Positions 16,808 to 26,339 of a DNA stretch of 64,000 nucleotides are shown here, in pieces. Numbering within the stretch: position 1 is the first letter of the stretch; each line of letters begins with the position of its first letter. Below the pieces are notes generated by a model. It had not been told where the DNA came from. It searched no databases and was given only the letters and a program-made list of their open reading frames with translations. This DNA comes from an uncultured Anaerolineae bacterium (GTDB lineage: Bacteria; Chloroflexota; Anaerolineae; Aggregatilineales; Ch27): NCBI GenBank assembly GCA_964529715.1, contig CAZGXI010000022.1, positions 21,794 through 85,793 on the forward strand, written 5' to 3'. The translations under genes were made by a program, and so were the position numbers.

Positions 16808-18001
16808 TTAGGGATGCTCGTCGTCGCCGTGATGCCCGGCCATCGCCTGGGCGCTGAACACCAGTGTGAGCACCGCAAACACAAACGCCTGCATCAGCCC
16901 GACGAACAGTTCCAGGCCGTAGATCACCACTGGGACGATCAGCGCCAACAGAAAGCTGATGATAAACAGCAGCACCGACCCGGCAAACAGATTGCCGAAA
17001 AGACGGAAGGCGAAGCTGATGATCTTGGCGAACTCCGACACAATCTCCAGCAACCCCACCAGAAAATCGATCAGCCCCAGCGGCTTCTTGCCCAGGTTAC
17101 CCAACGCATCCAGATTGATGAACTTCTGGAAGTAATTCGGCCCTTGCGCCCACACCCCGAACACCTGGATCGCCACGACCGCGAACAATGCCAGGGCGAC
17201 CGTCAGATTGAGGTCGGTCGTCGCACCGCGCACAAAAGGCGTTACCACAAGCAGGTTCGGGTTGGCCCCACCTGGAGTCGCGGCGGCTGTTTCGCCTTCA
17301 GCGTGTGTGGTCGCTTCGCCTTCCCCTTCGCCCTCATGCTCAGGGTTTACAAAGCCGACTTCTGCACACTTGGTCACGTAGTCGTCGGGGATGTGGCCGA
17401 AGTGTTCCAGTTCGCAGGCACAGAAGTCCGGCAATGTGGCGGCTGTACCGGCGTCGAGCGGACCGGTCACATCCAGCCGTTCTACCGGGGTCTGGCCGAT
17501 CTCCGCGATCTGGACTGCCGGATAGCCGTTCAGACTGGGGTGCGCACAGTGCAGCAGCCCCACGCTCTCCGCGCCGGGGATCAGCTTGATCCAGTTGGCG
17601 ATCAGCAAAAACATAAAGATGGTCATGACCAGCGGAAAAACCCGCCCCGCCCGCGCCCCGGCGATAGATTTGGACAGGTTATACCAGTACTCAGACACCA
17701 GCTCCAGCACCCCCTGGAGCCGCCCCGGCACGGCTTTAATCCCGCCGCTCCTGGTATGCAGCCAGAGCAGGATCAGCAGCAGAATCAGGCTCGTCACCAG
17801 CGTGCCGACCATCGTATTGGTCAGGTCGAAGCCTTCAAACGGGAAGTCCTTCCACAGCACTTCGCCCGGCACCGAAATCACCGGCAGCGCCATGCCCGTC
17901 CCCTGGCTCGGCAGGAAGGCGAACGGCAGCCACACACACACCACCGCCGTAAAGACCACGATGCCGATCAGGACGAGGAGTCCACGTAACGTTTTATTCA
18001 C
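16808..18001 (-). CDS. atpB: ATP synthase Fo subunit a with a large insertion in the TM2-TM3 loop
   Basis: Conserved LIPG...TTDLNLTVALA and the essential-Arg motif SFAFRLFGNLFAG. At 397 aa it is about 120 aa longer than typical a subunits, because of the insert at residues 143-260. Confidence 0.85.
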   Translation of the reverse strand: MNKTLRGLLVLIGIVVFTAVVCVWLPFAFLPSQGTGMALPVISVPGEVLWKDFPFEGFDLTNTMVGTLVTSLILLLILLWLHTRSGGIKAVPGRLQGVLELVSEYWYNLSKSIAGARAGRVFPLVMTIFMFLLIANWIKLIPGAESVGLLHCAHPSLNGYPAVQIAEIGQTPVERLDVTGPLDAGTAATLPDFCACELEHFGHIPDDYVTKCAEVGFVNPEHEGEGEGEATTHAEGETAAATPGGANPNLLVVTPFVRGATTDLNLTVALALFAVVAIQVFGVWAQGPNYFQKFINLDALGNLGKKPLGLIDFLVGLLEIVSEFAKIISFAFRLFGNLFAGSVLLFIISFLLALIVPVVIYGLELFVGLMQAFVFAVLTLVFSAQAMAGHHGDDEHP

Positions 18002-18071
18002 GCTCGAACCTCCTCTCGCTCAACAATAGTCGCACCCGTTTAACCCTCCTTAAAAGTTATCGAGCCTGGGT

Positions 18072-18335
18072 TTATTCATCCCCGCCTGGGCCGGGAGGCC
18101 GGATGGCGCGCGTCATACGCAGAGTGAGAAAAAGCATAACGCCCAGACTCACCGGAACGCTCAACACCACCAGGACGATAGTCAGCGGCCCGCGCACACC
18201 GATTTGCGCATCCAGCCACAGCCCCAGCAACAATGCGCCGGCGACCAGGATCACCGTGACGAATCCTACCAGCCCGGCGATCCCCGCCAGAGTCAGGTTG
18301 CGCGCACGGCTGCTGCGGTTACGATCCCCCTGCAC
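18072..18335 (-). CDS. AtpZ/AtpI-like small membrane protein preceding the Fo genes
   Basis: Two TM helices (LAGIAGLVGFVTVILVAGALLLGLWL and LTIVLVVLSVPVSLGVMLFLTL) directly upstream of atpB, as for AtpZ/AtpI. Start taken at GTG 18335 (SD AGGAG 7 nt upstream) rather than TTG 18362. Confidence 0.5.
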   Translation of the reverse strand: MQGDRNRSSRARNLTLAGIAGLVGFVTVILVAGALLLGLWLDAQIGVRGPLTIVLVVLSVPVSLGVMLFLTLRMTRAIRPPGPGGDE

Positions 18336-18386
18336 TCCCCTGCTCCTGAAACACCCGCTCAACGCTTGCGAGCGCGGATTGTGTGC

Positions 18387-18416
18387 ATTCTATCACAAGC
18401 CCTATAATTTCGCCAA
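18387..18416 (-). promoter_or_regulatory. Candidate sigma70-type promoter of the Fo operon
   Basis: Minus strand TTGGCG (18416-18411), an 18-nt spacer ending in TG, then TAGAAT (18392-18387). This is an extended -10 (TGATAGAAT). Confidence 0.45.
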
Positions 18417-18489
18417 TATTTGTCCAGAAAATTCAACCGCCAAGACGCCAGGGATTTTCCCTTCCCGACGACCTGGCGGTTGAGCAGTT

Positions 18490-19968
<1,479 letters not shown>

Positions 19969-21576
19969 TTACGCCCCTCCTCCAAACAGCCTGATAATCG
20001 GCGCCACACCGCTCTCGACCATCGGGGCCATAATGCTCGGCCACACGCCCAGGATGATCATCGCCGCCAGCAGCATCACCAGCGCCGCCTTGTCCAACAC
20101 GGTCACGTCGCCCACACCGGCGAACCGCTCCCGATTAAACTCTCCGAAGAACACCTGCTGCACGACCCGCAGCACATAGGCCGCCGTGACGATGATGCCC
20201 AGCGCGGCCACAATGGCGATCACGCCGTAGTAATTCGCCAGCGTCCAACTGCCGATTTGCAGCGTGATGTTCGGCCCGGCGTCCCACAGGCCGGTGAAGA
20301 TGGGGAATTCCGCCACGAAGCCGCTCAGCCCTGGCATCCCCATGCTCACCAGCCCGCCGACAATGAAGGCGAAAGCCACCCAGGGCATCACCTGCCTAAA
20401 CCCACCCAGGCTGGGAATGTCGCGCGTGTGCGCCCGGTCGTAGACCATACCGACGCAGGAGAAGAACAGGGCCGTCATGACACCGTGACTGAACATTTGC
20501 AGGCCCGCGCCCGTCATACCGTAGATGTTCATCGTCGCCCAGCCCATACTCACCAGCCCCATATGGCTGACCGACGAGAAACCGATGACGTACTTGAAGT
20601 CGCGCTGGCGCATAGCGATGAACGCGCCGTAGACCACGTTGATCAGCGTCAAAAACACGATCCAGGGCAGATGCGCCTGCGCTCCTTGTGGCAAAAGCTG
20701 CACGGCCACGCGCAGGGCGCTGTACGCGCCGAGCTTCATCAGCACGCCCGCATGGATCATCGAGACGGCAGTCGGCGCGGCCACGTGACCGTCAGGACTC
20801 CAGTTATGGAAGGGAAACACGCCCGCCAGCACGCCGAAGCCCAGAAAGATGAAGGGGAACCACACCCGCGCGAACGTCAGCCCATCGACGCCAAACACAT
20901 TCGCATTGAAAGGGCTATCGGGCATGGCCGCAACATTCATCAGATGGATGACATCGAAACTGTATGTCCCGGTGGCGTCCCCGGCCACGAAGTACATCGC
21001 CAGCACGCCGACCAGCGCGATCACCGAGCCGACCAGGATGTACAGCGTCAGCTTCATCGAGGCGTACTCGCGTAGGTCCTTCCAGCCCCACGTGACGATC
21101 AGCAGGTACATCGGGAAGATCGCCAGTTCGTAGAAGAAGAACAGCACGAACAGGTCCATCGCCACGAAAACGCCGTACACGCCCGTCACCAGCAGCAGGA
21201 AGAAGGCCATAAACTCACGGGTGCGCTCCTCGATGCCCCAGGAGATCAATACGCCCGCGAAAGAGGCCAGGCCAGTCAGCAGCACCATCGGCGCGCTGAT
21301 CCCGTCCACGCCCAGGTGGTAATTGATGCCCAACGCCTCCACCCAGGAGATGTTCTCCTGGAACTGGAACATCTGCTCCGGGGTCGTAGCGGCGTTAGCT
21401 GCCGCCACATCGTAGTTGAAGTAAACGAACAGGCCCAGCAGCAGGCTGAATCCCGTCGCCGCCGCCGCAATGATGCGTGCTTCCTGCTTGGCGGTTTTCG
21501 GCAGCAGCAGGATCAGGATCGCGCCCGCAATCGGCGCAAGGGTGATGACGCTCAGAACGGGAAAGGGTGAGTTCAT
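19969..21576 (-). CDS. nuoM: NADH-quinone oxidoreductase subunit M, second (diverged) copy
   Basis: Proton_antipo_M core FPFHNWSPDGHVAAPTAVSMIHAGVLMKLGAY and IGFSSVSHMG. The TM5 region FFFYELAIFPMYLLIVTWG keeps the Glu but departs from the canonical FWE..LIPMYFLIG. Confidence 0.85.
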   Translation of the reverse strand: MNSPFPVLSVITLAPIAGAILILLLPKTAKQEARIIAAAATGFSLLLGLFVYFNYDVAAANAATTPEQMFQFQENISWVEALGINYHLGVDGISAPMVLLTGLASFAGVLISWGIEERTREFMAFFLLLVTGVYGVFVAMDLFVLFFFYELAIFPMYLLIVTWGWKDLREYASMKLTLYILVGSVIALVGVLAMYFVAGDATGTYSFDVIHLMNVAAMPDSPFNANVFGVDGLTFARVWFPFIFLGFGVLAGVFPFHNWSPDGHVAAPTAVSMIHAGVLMKLGAYSALRVAVQLLPQGAQAHLPWIVFLTLINVVYGAFIAMRQRDFKYVIGFSSVSHMGLVSMGWATMNIYGMTGAGLQMFSHGVMTALFFSCVGMVYDRAHTRDIPSLGGFRQVMPWVAFAFIVGGLVSMGMPGLSGFVAEFPIFTGLWDAGPNITLQIGSWTLANYYGVIAIVAALGIIVTAAYVLRVVQQVFFGEFNRERFAGVGDVTVLDKAALVMLLAAMIILGVWPSIMAPMVESGVAPIIRLFGGGA

Positions 21577-21588
21577 ATTTGCCCCTGC

Positions 21589-23211
21589 CTATCCGCCAAA
21601 CAGCCGGGTTACGGTGGTGTTGATCATCGGCAAAATCCAGTTAGGCAACAGCCCGGTCAGCAGCATCAGCGCCAGCAGCGGCGCAATGGCGATGCCCTCG
21701 CGCCAGGTGATCTCCAGGCGGTGGTGTTGGCGGTTGTAGTCCACCCATTCCTGAGAGGGCTTGCCATGCAGCACCTTCTGGATCGCCTTGAGGATGTACG
21801 CGCCGGTGAACAGCAGCCCGATCATGCTGAGCAGTGTCATCAGGCTAAAGGCCGGCACGGCAAACGCCCCACGCACCACCAGGAACTCGCTGACAAAACC
21901 CGCCAGCCCAGGCAGGCCCAGGCTGCCCATCGAGGTGAAGATCAGGATGCCGCCGTACACCGGGGCCAGCACCCAGAAACCGCCCATCTGCCGCAGGTCG
22001 CGTGTGTGAATCTTGTGGTACAGCGCGCCGACCAGCAAGAACATACCCGCCGAACTCAGCCCGTGCGCGAACATCTGCATGGCTGCGCCGTTCATGGCGA
22101 GGATGGCGCTCTGGCGGGCGCTTTCCAGTTCCTCCGGTGACATGCCACTGCCGCCCGTGTAGGCCGCGCCATAGACGTAGGCCGCCGCGGCCACGCCCAA
22201 CACCACAAAGCCCATGTGATTCACCGAGCTGTAGGCCACCAGTCGCTTGAAGTCATTCTGCCCGTAGGCGGCCAGTGCCCCCAGGATGATCCCGGCCATG
22301 CCCAGGAAGGCGATGACGCCGGAGAAGGCTGCCGCCTGCGCCGGGAACAGCGGGATCACCAGACGCAGGAAGCCGTAAGCGCCCAGCTTGAGCAGCACGC
22401 CCGCCAGGATCATCGATCCGGCAGTCGGCGCTTCGGTGTGGGCGTCCGGCAGCCAGGTGTGGAACGGCCAGATGGGCACCTTGATGGCGAACGCCAGGAA
22501 GAACGCTAGGAACGCCAGGTTCTTCACCGTCTCCACGCCAATACCCAGGAAAGTTCCACCGTCGCCCTGGAAAGCCGGCCAGAAGGTCATCAACTGCGTG
22601 ATGTCCATCGTGCCCGCCGTCAGGCCGATCAACTGGATCGAGAGCAGCAGGCCCAACGACCCGGCCATCGTATACAGGAAGAACTTCACCGAGGCATATA
22701 CACGGTTCTGGCTACCCCAGATGTTGATCAGGAAGTACATCGGCACCAGGCCGATCTCCCAAAAGACGAAGAAGATCATCAGGTCCAGACTGGCAAAAAC
22801 GCCCATCAGCCCGGTTTCCAGGAACAGGAACAGGGCCATGTACAGGTTCACCCGGTCCTCGATCTCGAAGCTGATCAGGATCGCCAGCGGCGCGAGGATG
22901 CCCGTCAGCAGGATCATCACCACGCTCAGGCCGTCCACGCCCAGATGCCACGACGATCCCAGCAGGGCGAACCAGGGCGCGCTCTCCTCGAACTGAAAGC
23001 CGCCCGCCGCCTGGTCGTAGTTGGCAAACAGGTAGACCGCCAGCAACAGTTCCACCAGGCTAACGCCCAGCGCCACCCAGCGCGCCGCGACCTTGTGGCC
23101 TTCTGCCGACATGGGCAACGCCAGCATGAGCAGCAGCAACACCGATCCGGCAGCGGGCAGAAAGATAATCAGGGTCAGTAGACTCGTGTCCAGGTTGAAT
23201 GGCAGTGTCAT
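21589..23211 (-). CDS. nuoM: NADH-quinone oxidoreductase subunit M, canonical-looking copy
   Basis: FFVFWEIGLVPMYFLINIWGSQNRVYASVKFFLYTMAGSLGLL, WPFHTWLPDAHTEAPTAGSMILAGVLLKLGAYG and LVAYSSVNHMGF. Confidence 0.9.
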   Translation of the reverse strand: MTLPFNLDTSLLTLIIFLPAAGSVLLLLMLALPMSAEGHKVAARWVALGVSLVELLLAVYLFANYDQAAGGFQFEESAPWFALLGSSWHLGVDGLSVVMILLTGILAPLAILISFEIEDRVNLYMALFLFLETGLMGVFASLDLMIFFVFWEIGLVPMYFLINIWGSQNRVYASVKFFLYTMAGSLGLLLSIQLIGLTAGTMDITQLMTFWPAFQGDGGTFLGIGVETVKNLAFLAFFLAFAIKVPIWPFHTWLPDAHTEAPTAGSMILAGVLLKLGAYGFLRLVIPLFPAQAAAFSGVIAFLGMAGIILGALAAYGQNDFKRLVAYSSVNHMGFVVLGVAAAAYVYGAAYTGGSGMSPEELESARQSAILAMNGAAMQMFAHGLSSAGMFLLVGALYHKIHTRDLRQMGGFWVLAPVYGGILIFTSMGSLGLPGLAGFVSEFLVVRGAFAVPAFSLMTLLSMIGLLFTGAYILKAIQKVLHGKPSQEWVDYNRQHHRLEITWREGIAIAPLLALMLLTGLLPNWILPMINTTVTRLFGG

Positions 23212-23223
23212 TCCATCGTCCCC

Positions 23224-25449
23224 CTAACCGCGCCCGATCAGCCGCACGAAGACGACCACGCCGATCACCAGCGCCGAGAGCAGCGCCATCAGCAGGTACT
23301 GCTGCACCTGCCCGCTCTGAAGCTGGCGGAACCAGCCCCCGAAGCGGGCGATCCCCGACGGGATACCGTCGCCGACGCCGTCGATCACCACGCGGTTGAA
23401 GCGCTTGAAGGTCTCGCCGATGGCCGTCGCCGCGCGCCCGATAAAGTGCAGCACGCCGTCGATGATGCCGCGATCCACGATTTGGGCCACCAGCACATCG
23501 CTGATCCACTGGGCAGGCCGGACGAAGGCAACATCATAAAGCTCGTCCAGGTAGAACTTGCGCTGCATGGCCGTGTAAATGGCCGGGCTGACGCGGTCCA
23601 GCGCGACCTTCGTCGGGTCTTCCTGGCCCGCTGCCAACGGCTTTCGCCAGTAGACCATCCAGCCCGCCCAGATGCCGCCCAAAGCCACCAGGAACGAGAT
23701 CAGCACCGGCAGCCAGTTGAAGGCGACCTTTGGCATTTCTTCGGCCAATGTGCCGGTGACGAAGTTGTGGAACGGGTTGCCGTAGGGACTGAAGATAGCT
23801 CCCAGTAGCGGGAAGTCTGGGTGCACGCCGACGAAACCCGCGATCACCGCGAACACCGCCAGTACGAGCAGCGGCCCCTGCATAAAGCCAGAGATCGCCT
23901 GCGCCGCCGGGGTCGGGTGTTCGGGATCGACAAAACCCGCGTGTTCCGCCGCCGCCGTGCGCGGCTGCCCGCCAAAGACCAGCGCGAGCTGCCGCGTGGT
24001 ATAGAAGGCCGTCAGAAAGGCCGCCACCGCCAGCAGGATGAAGACGAAGACCGCCGGGCCGAACCACTCGCCGCCGACGCCCAGGTGCCACGCCTCGGCC
24101 AGGATTTCGTCCTTCGACCAGAAGCCAGCGGTGATCAGCGGGAAGCCCGCCAGGGCCATGCCGCCCGCCAGGAAAGCCCACCACGTCACCGGGATGCGCT
24201 GCCGCAGCCCGCCCATGCTGCGGATGTCCTGCACATCGATGGGCGCGGCGTGTTCGCCATGATGCCCTTCGTGCGCGTGGTGCTCGCCGTGCTCCATTGC
24301 ATGGATCACCGCGCCGGAAGACATGAACAGCAGCGCCTTAAAGATGCCGTGCGTGATCAGATGGAACGCCGCCGCCACGTAAGCGCCGATACCCAGCGCC
24401 GCCATCATGAACCCCAACTGGCTGATGGTCGAATAGGCCAGGATACGCTTGATGTCGTTCTGCGCAACGGCGATGATTGCCGCGAACAGGGCCGTGAACG
24501 CCCCCACGTAGGCCATCACCATCAGCGGCGCGTTATAGATGCCGTGATGCGGGTCGGCCCCGGCGGCCAGCAGCGGGTACATGCGGATGATCATGTAGAT
24601 GCCGGCAGACACCATCGCCGCCGCATGGATCATCGCGCTGACCGGGGTTGGGCCTTCCATCGCGTCCGGCAGCCAGACGTGCAGCGGGAACTGCGCGCTC
24701 TTGCCCACCGTGCCGATCACCAGGAAGACGCCGATCAGCCCTGCCGCGCTGATCGCCCCGCCGAAGATCAGCGCGGGCGTGGAGGCCAGTTCGGCCAGGA
24801 ATTCGTGATTGAAGAAGATGTCGCGGAAATTGAGCGTGCCCGCCTGGGCGAACAGGTACACGATGCCGATCAGCATGATCACGTCGGCCACGCGCGTCGT
24901 CATGAACGCCTTGACGCCCGCCTTATGCGCGCTCTCCTTCTCGAACCAGAAGCCGATCAGCGAGTACGAGCAGAAGCCCATCACCTCCCAGCCGATGAAG
25001 AGCAGCAGCAGGTTATCGGCCACCACCAGCGTCAGCATCGCCCCGGCGAAGAGCGCCATGTAGCCGAAGAACCGCTCCCGGCGCGGGTCGTTCGCCATGT
25101 AGCCGACCGAGTAGATCATGATCATGCTGATCGCCAGCGGGACCATGAACAGCATGACCGCCGTCAGAGGGTCCACCAGCACGCCGATGTTGAACTGCGT
25201 CGCCCCGGTATCCATCCAGGCCACCTGCGAGGAGAAGGCACTGCCGCCGAGGGGATCGCCGAAAGCCAGGCCCAGCGCCCGCAGCAGCACCGCCAGAGAC
25301 ATCCCCCAGGAAAGCACAGTCGCGGCCAGGGCGGTGAGCGTGGTGAGGAACCAGCTTCGGTTGAACAGCAAAAAGATCAGCGCGGAGGCGATCAGCGGCG
25401 GAACCGGGATCAGCCAGGGTAGAAAGTTCGCGTTCGTCCAATCGATCAT
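23224..25449 (-). CDS. nuoL: NADH-quinone oxidoreductase subunit L (741 aa, elongated lateral-helix region)
   Basis: LLFIGWEVMGFCSYSLIGFW, FPLHVWLPDAMEGPTPVSAMIHAAAMV and ILAYSTISQLGFM, plus the C-terminal amphipathic helix FYLDELY...QSGQVQQY and a final TM helix. Confidence 0.9.
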   Translation of the reverse strand: MIDWTNANFLPWLIPVPPLIASALIFLLFNRSWFLTTLTALAATVLSWGMSLAVLLRALGLAFGDPLGGSAFSSQVAWMDTGATQFNIGVLVDPLTAVMLFMVPLAISMIMIYSVGYMANDPRRERFFGYMALFAGAMLTLVVADNLLLLFIGWEVMGFCSYSLIGFWFEKESAHKAGVKAFMTTRVADVIMLIGIVYLFAQAGTLNFRDIFFNHEFLAELASTPALIFGGAISAAGLIGVFLVIGTVGKSAQFPLHVWLPDAMEGPTPVSAMIHAAAMVSAGIYMIIRMYPLLAAGADPHHGIYNAPLMVMAYVGAFTALFAAIIAVAQNDIKRILAYSTISQLGFMMAALGIGAYVAAAFHLITHGIFKALLFMSSGAVIHAMEHGEHHAHEGHHGEHAAPIDVQDIRSMGGLRQRIPVTWWAFLAGGMALAGFPLITAGFWSKDEILAEAWHLGVGGEWFGPAVFVFILLAVAAFLTAFYTTRQLALVFGGQPRTAAAEHAGFVDPEHPTPAAQAISGFMQGPLLVLAVFAVIAGFVGVHPDFPLLGAIFSPYGNPFHNFVTGTLAEEMPKVAFNWLPVLISFLVALGGIWAGWMVYWRKPLAAGQEDPTKVALDRVSPAIYTAMQRKFYLDELYDVAFVRPAQWISDVLVAQIVDRGIIDGVLHFIGRAATAIGETFKRFNRVVIDGVGDGIPSGIARFGGWFRQLQSGQVQQYLLMALLSALVIGVVVFVRLIGRG

Positions 25450-25453
25450 AGGA

Positions 25454-25762
25454 TCACCACTTTAGCAGGTTGGCGTCGTCCGCCACGACGCTCTGGCGGC
25501 GGCGGTAGATGGCAATAATCAATGCCAGACCGACGGCGGCTTCGGCAGCGGCCACGACGAAGACGAAAACGACAAACGCCTGTCCCATCATGGTCGCCGG
25601 CGTCACAAAACGCCAGAAGGCAACCAGGTTGATATTGACGGCGTTCAGCATCAACTCCACGCCCATCAGGATCGCCACCGCGTTGCGCCGGGCCAACACC
25701 GTGAATATCCCCAGGCAAAACAGCGCCGCCGCGACCACGAGGTACATCCACAAAGGCACCAT
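25454..25762 (-). CDS. nuoK: NADH-quinone oxidoreductase subunit K
   Basis: A 102-aa, 3-TM protein with the conserved [16 protein letters not shown]. Confidence 0.9.
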   Translation of the reverse strand: MVPLWMYLVVAAALFCLGIFTVLARRNAVAILMGVELMLNAVNINLVAFWRFVTPATMMGQAFVVFVFVVAAAEAAVGLALIIAIYRRRQSVVADDANLLKW

Positions 25763-25771
25763 GGTTTCCCC

Positions 25772-26323
25772 CTATCCCCGCGTCTCGCCCGGTTCATCCG
25801 GCTCGTCGTCACGGGCGATGTAGATCGCGCCGCTCAACACCCCCGCCAGCAGCAGCGCCGCCACTTCAAACGGCAACACATACTGGCCGGGGTCGAGCAG
25901 CGCCTGCCCCAGTGCCGTTGTGCCATCGGCAGGCGGGTCGCCCGTAGGATTCAACGGCAGCACCGCGTTTTCGCCCTGCCCCACCTGGACAAAGACCACC
26001 ACCAGCACGGCGAAGAGAAACAGGGCCACGACGGCGGCGACGCTCCACTGGTCGTTCATCACCCTGCGCGCCGTCACCATGCCGCGCGTGAGCATCACGG
26101 CGAAGATGATCAGGATGGCAATGGCGCCCATGTAAATCAACACCTGCACCGCCGCCAGAAACGGCGCCGCCAGCAGCACGAACAGCCCCGCCACCCCGAA
26201 CAAGCTCACCAGCAACATCAGGGCTGAGCGGAACAGGTTGCGCGTCAGCGCCACCCCCACGCCGCCCGCCAGGGTGATAATCGAGAAGACGGCAAAGACG
26301 ACGATCTCTGCGGTTAATTCCAT
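25772..26323 (-). CDS. nuoJ: NADH-quinone oxidoreductase subunit J
   Basis: RNLFRSALMLLVSLFGVAGLFVLLAAPFLAAVQVLIYMGAIAILIIFAVML is the NuoJ N-terminal core. Position between H and K. Confidence 0.85.
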   Translation of the reverse strand: MELTAEIVVFAVFSIITLAGGVGVALTRNLFRSALMLLVSLFGVAGLFVLLAAPFLAAVQVLIYMGAIAILIIFAVMLTRGMVTARRVMNDQWSVAAVVALFLFAVLVVVFVQVGQGENAVLPLNPTGDPPADGTTALGQALLDPGQYVLPFEVAALLLAGVLSGAIYIARDDEPDEPGETRG

Positions 26324-26339
26324 CGGGCTATATCCCCCT

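Noticed and set aside
17285-17345. Idea that the EGEGEGE run in atpB and the EGEGEGGEG run in femAB-2 derive from the same inserted DNA element
   Set aside because: The nucleotide sequences differ (GAGGGCGAAGGGGAAGGCGAAGCG versus GAGGGAGAGGGGGAAGGGGGTGAGGGC). The atpB copy has no palindrome. The similarity is only at the level of GAR/GGN codon repeats.
23821-25422. 533-aa plus-strand ORF antisense to nuoL (similar ORFs at 19957..21075, 19126..19842 and 22388..22996 are antisense to nuoM/N)
   Set aside because: All are mirror-frame ORFs of strongly supported nuo genes. Their composition is dominated by R/H/D/Q/G, and none has family motifs.
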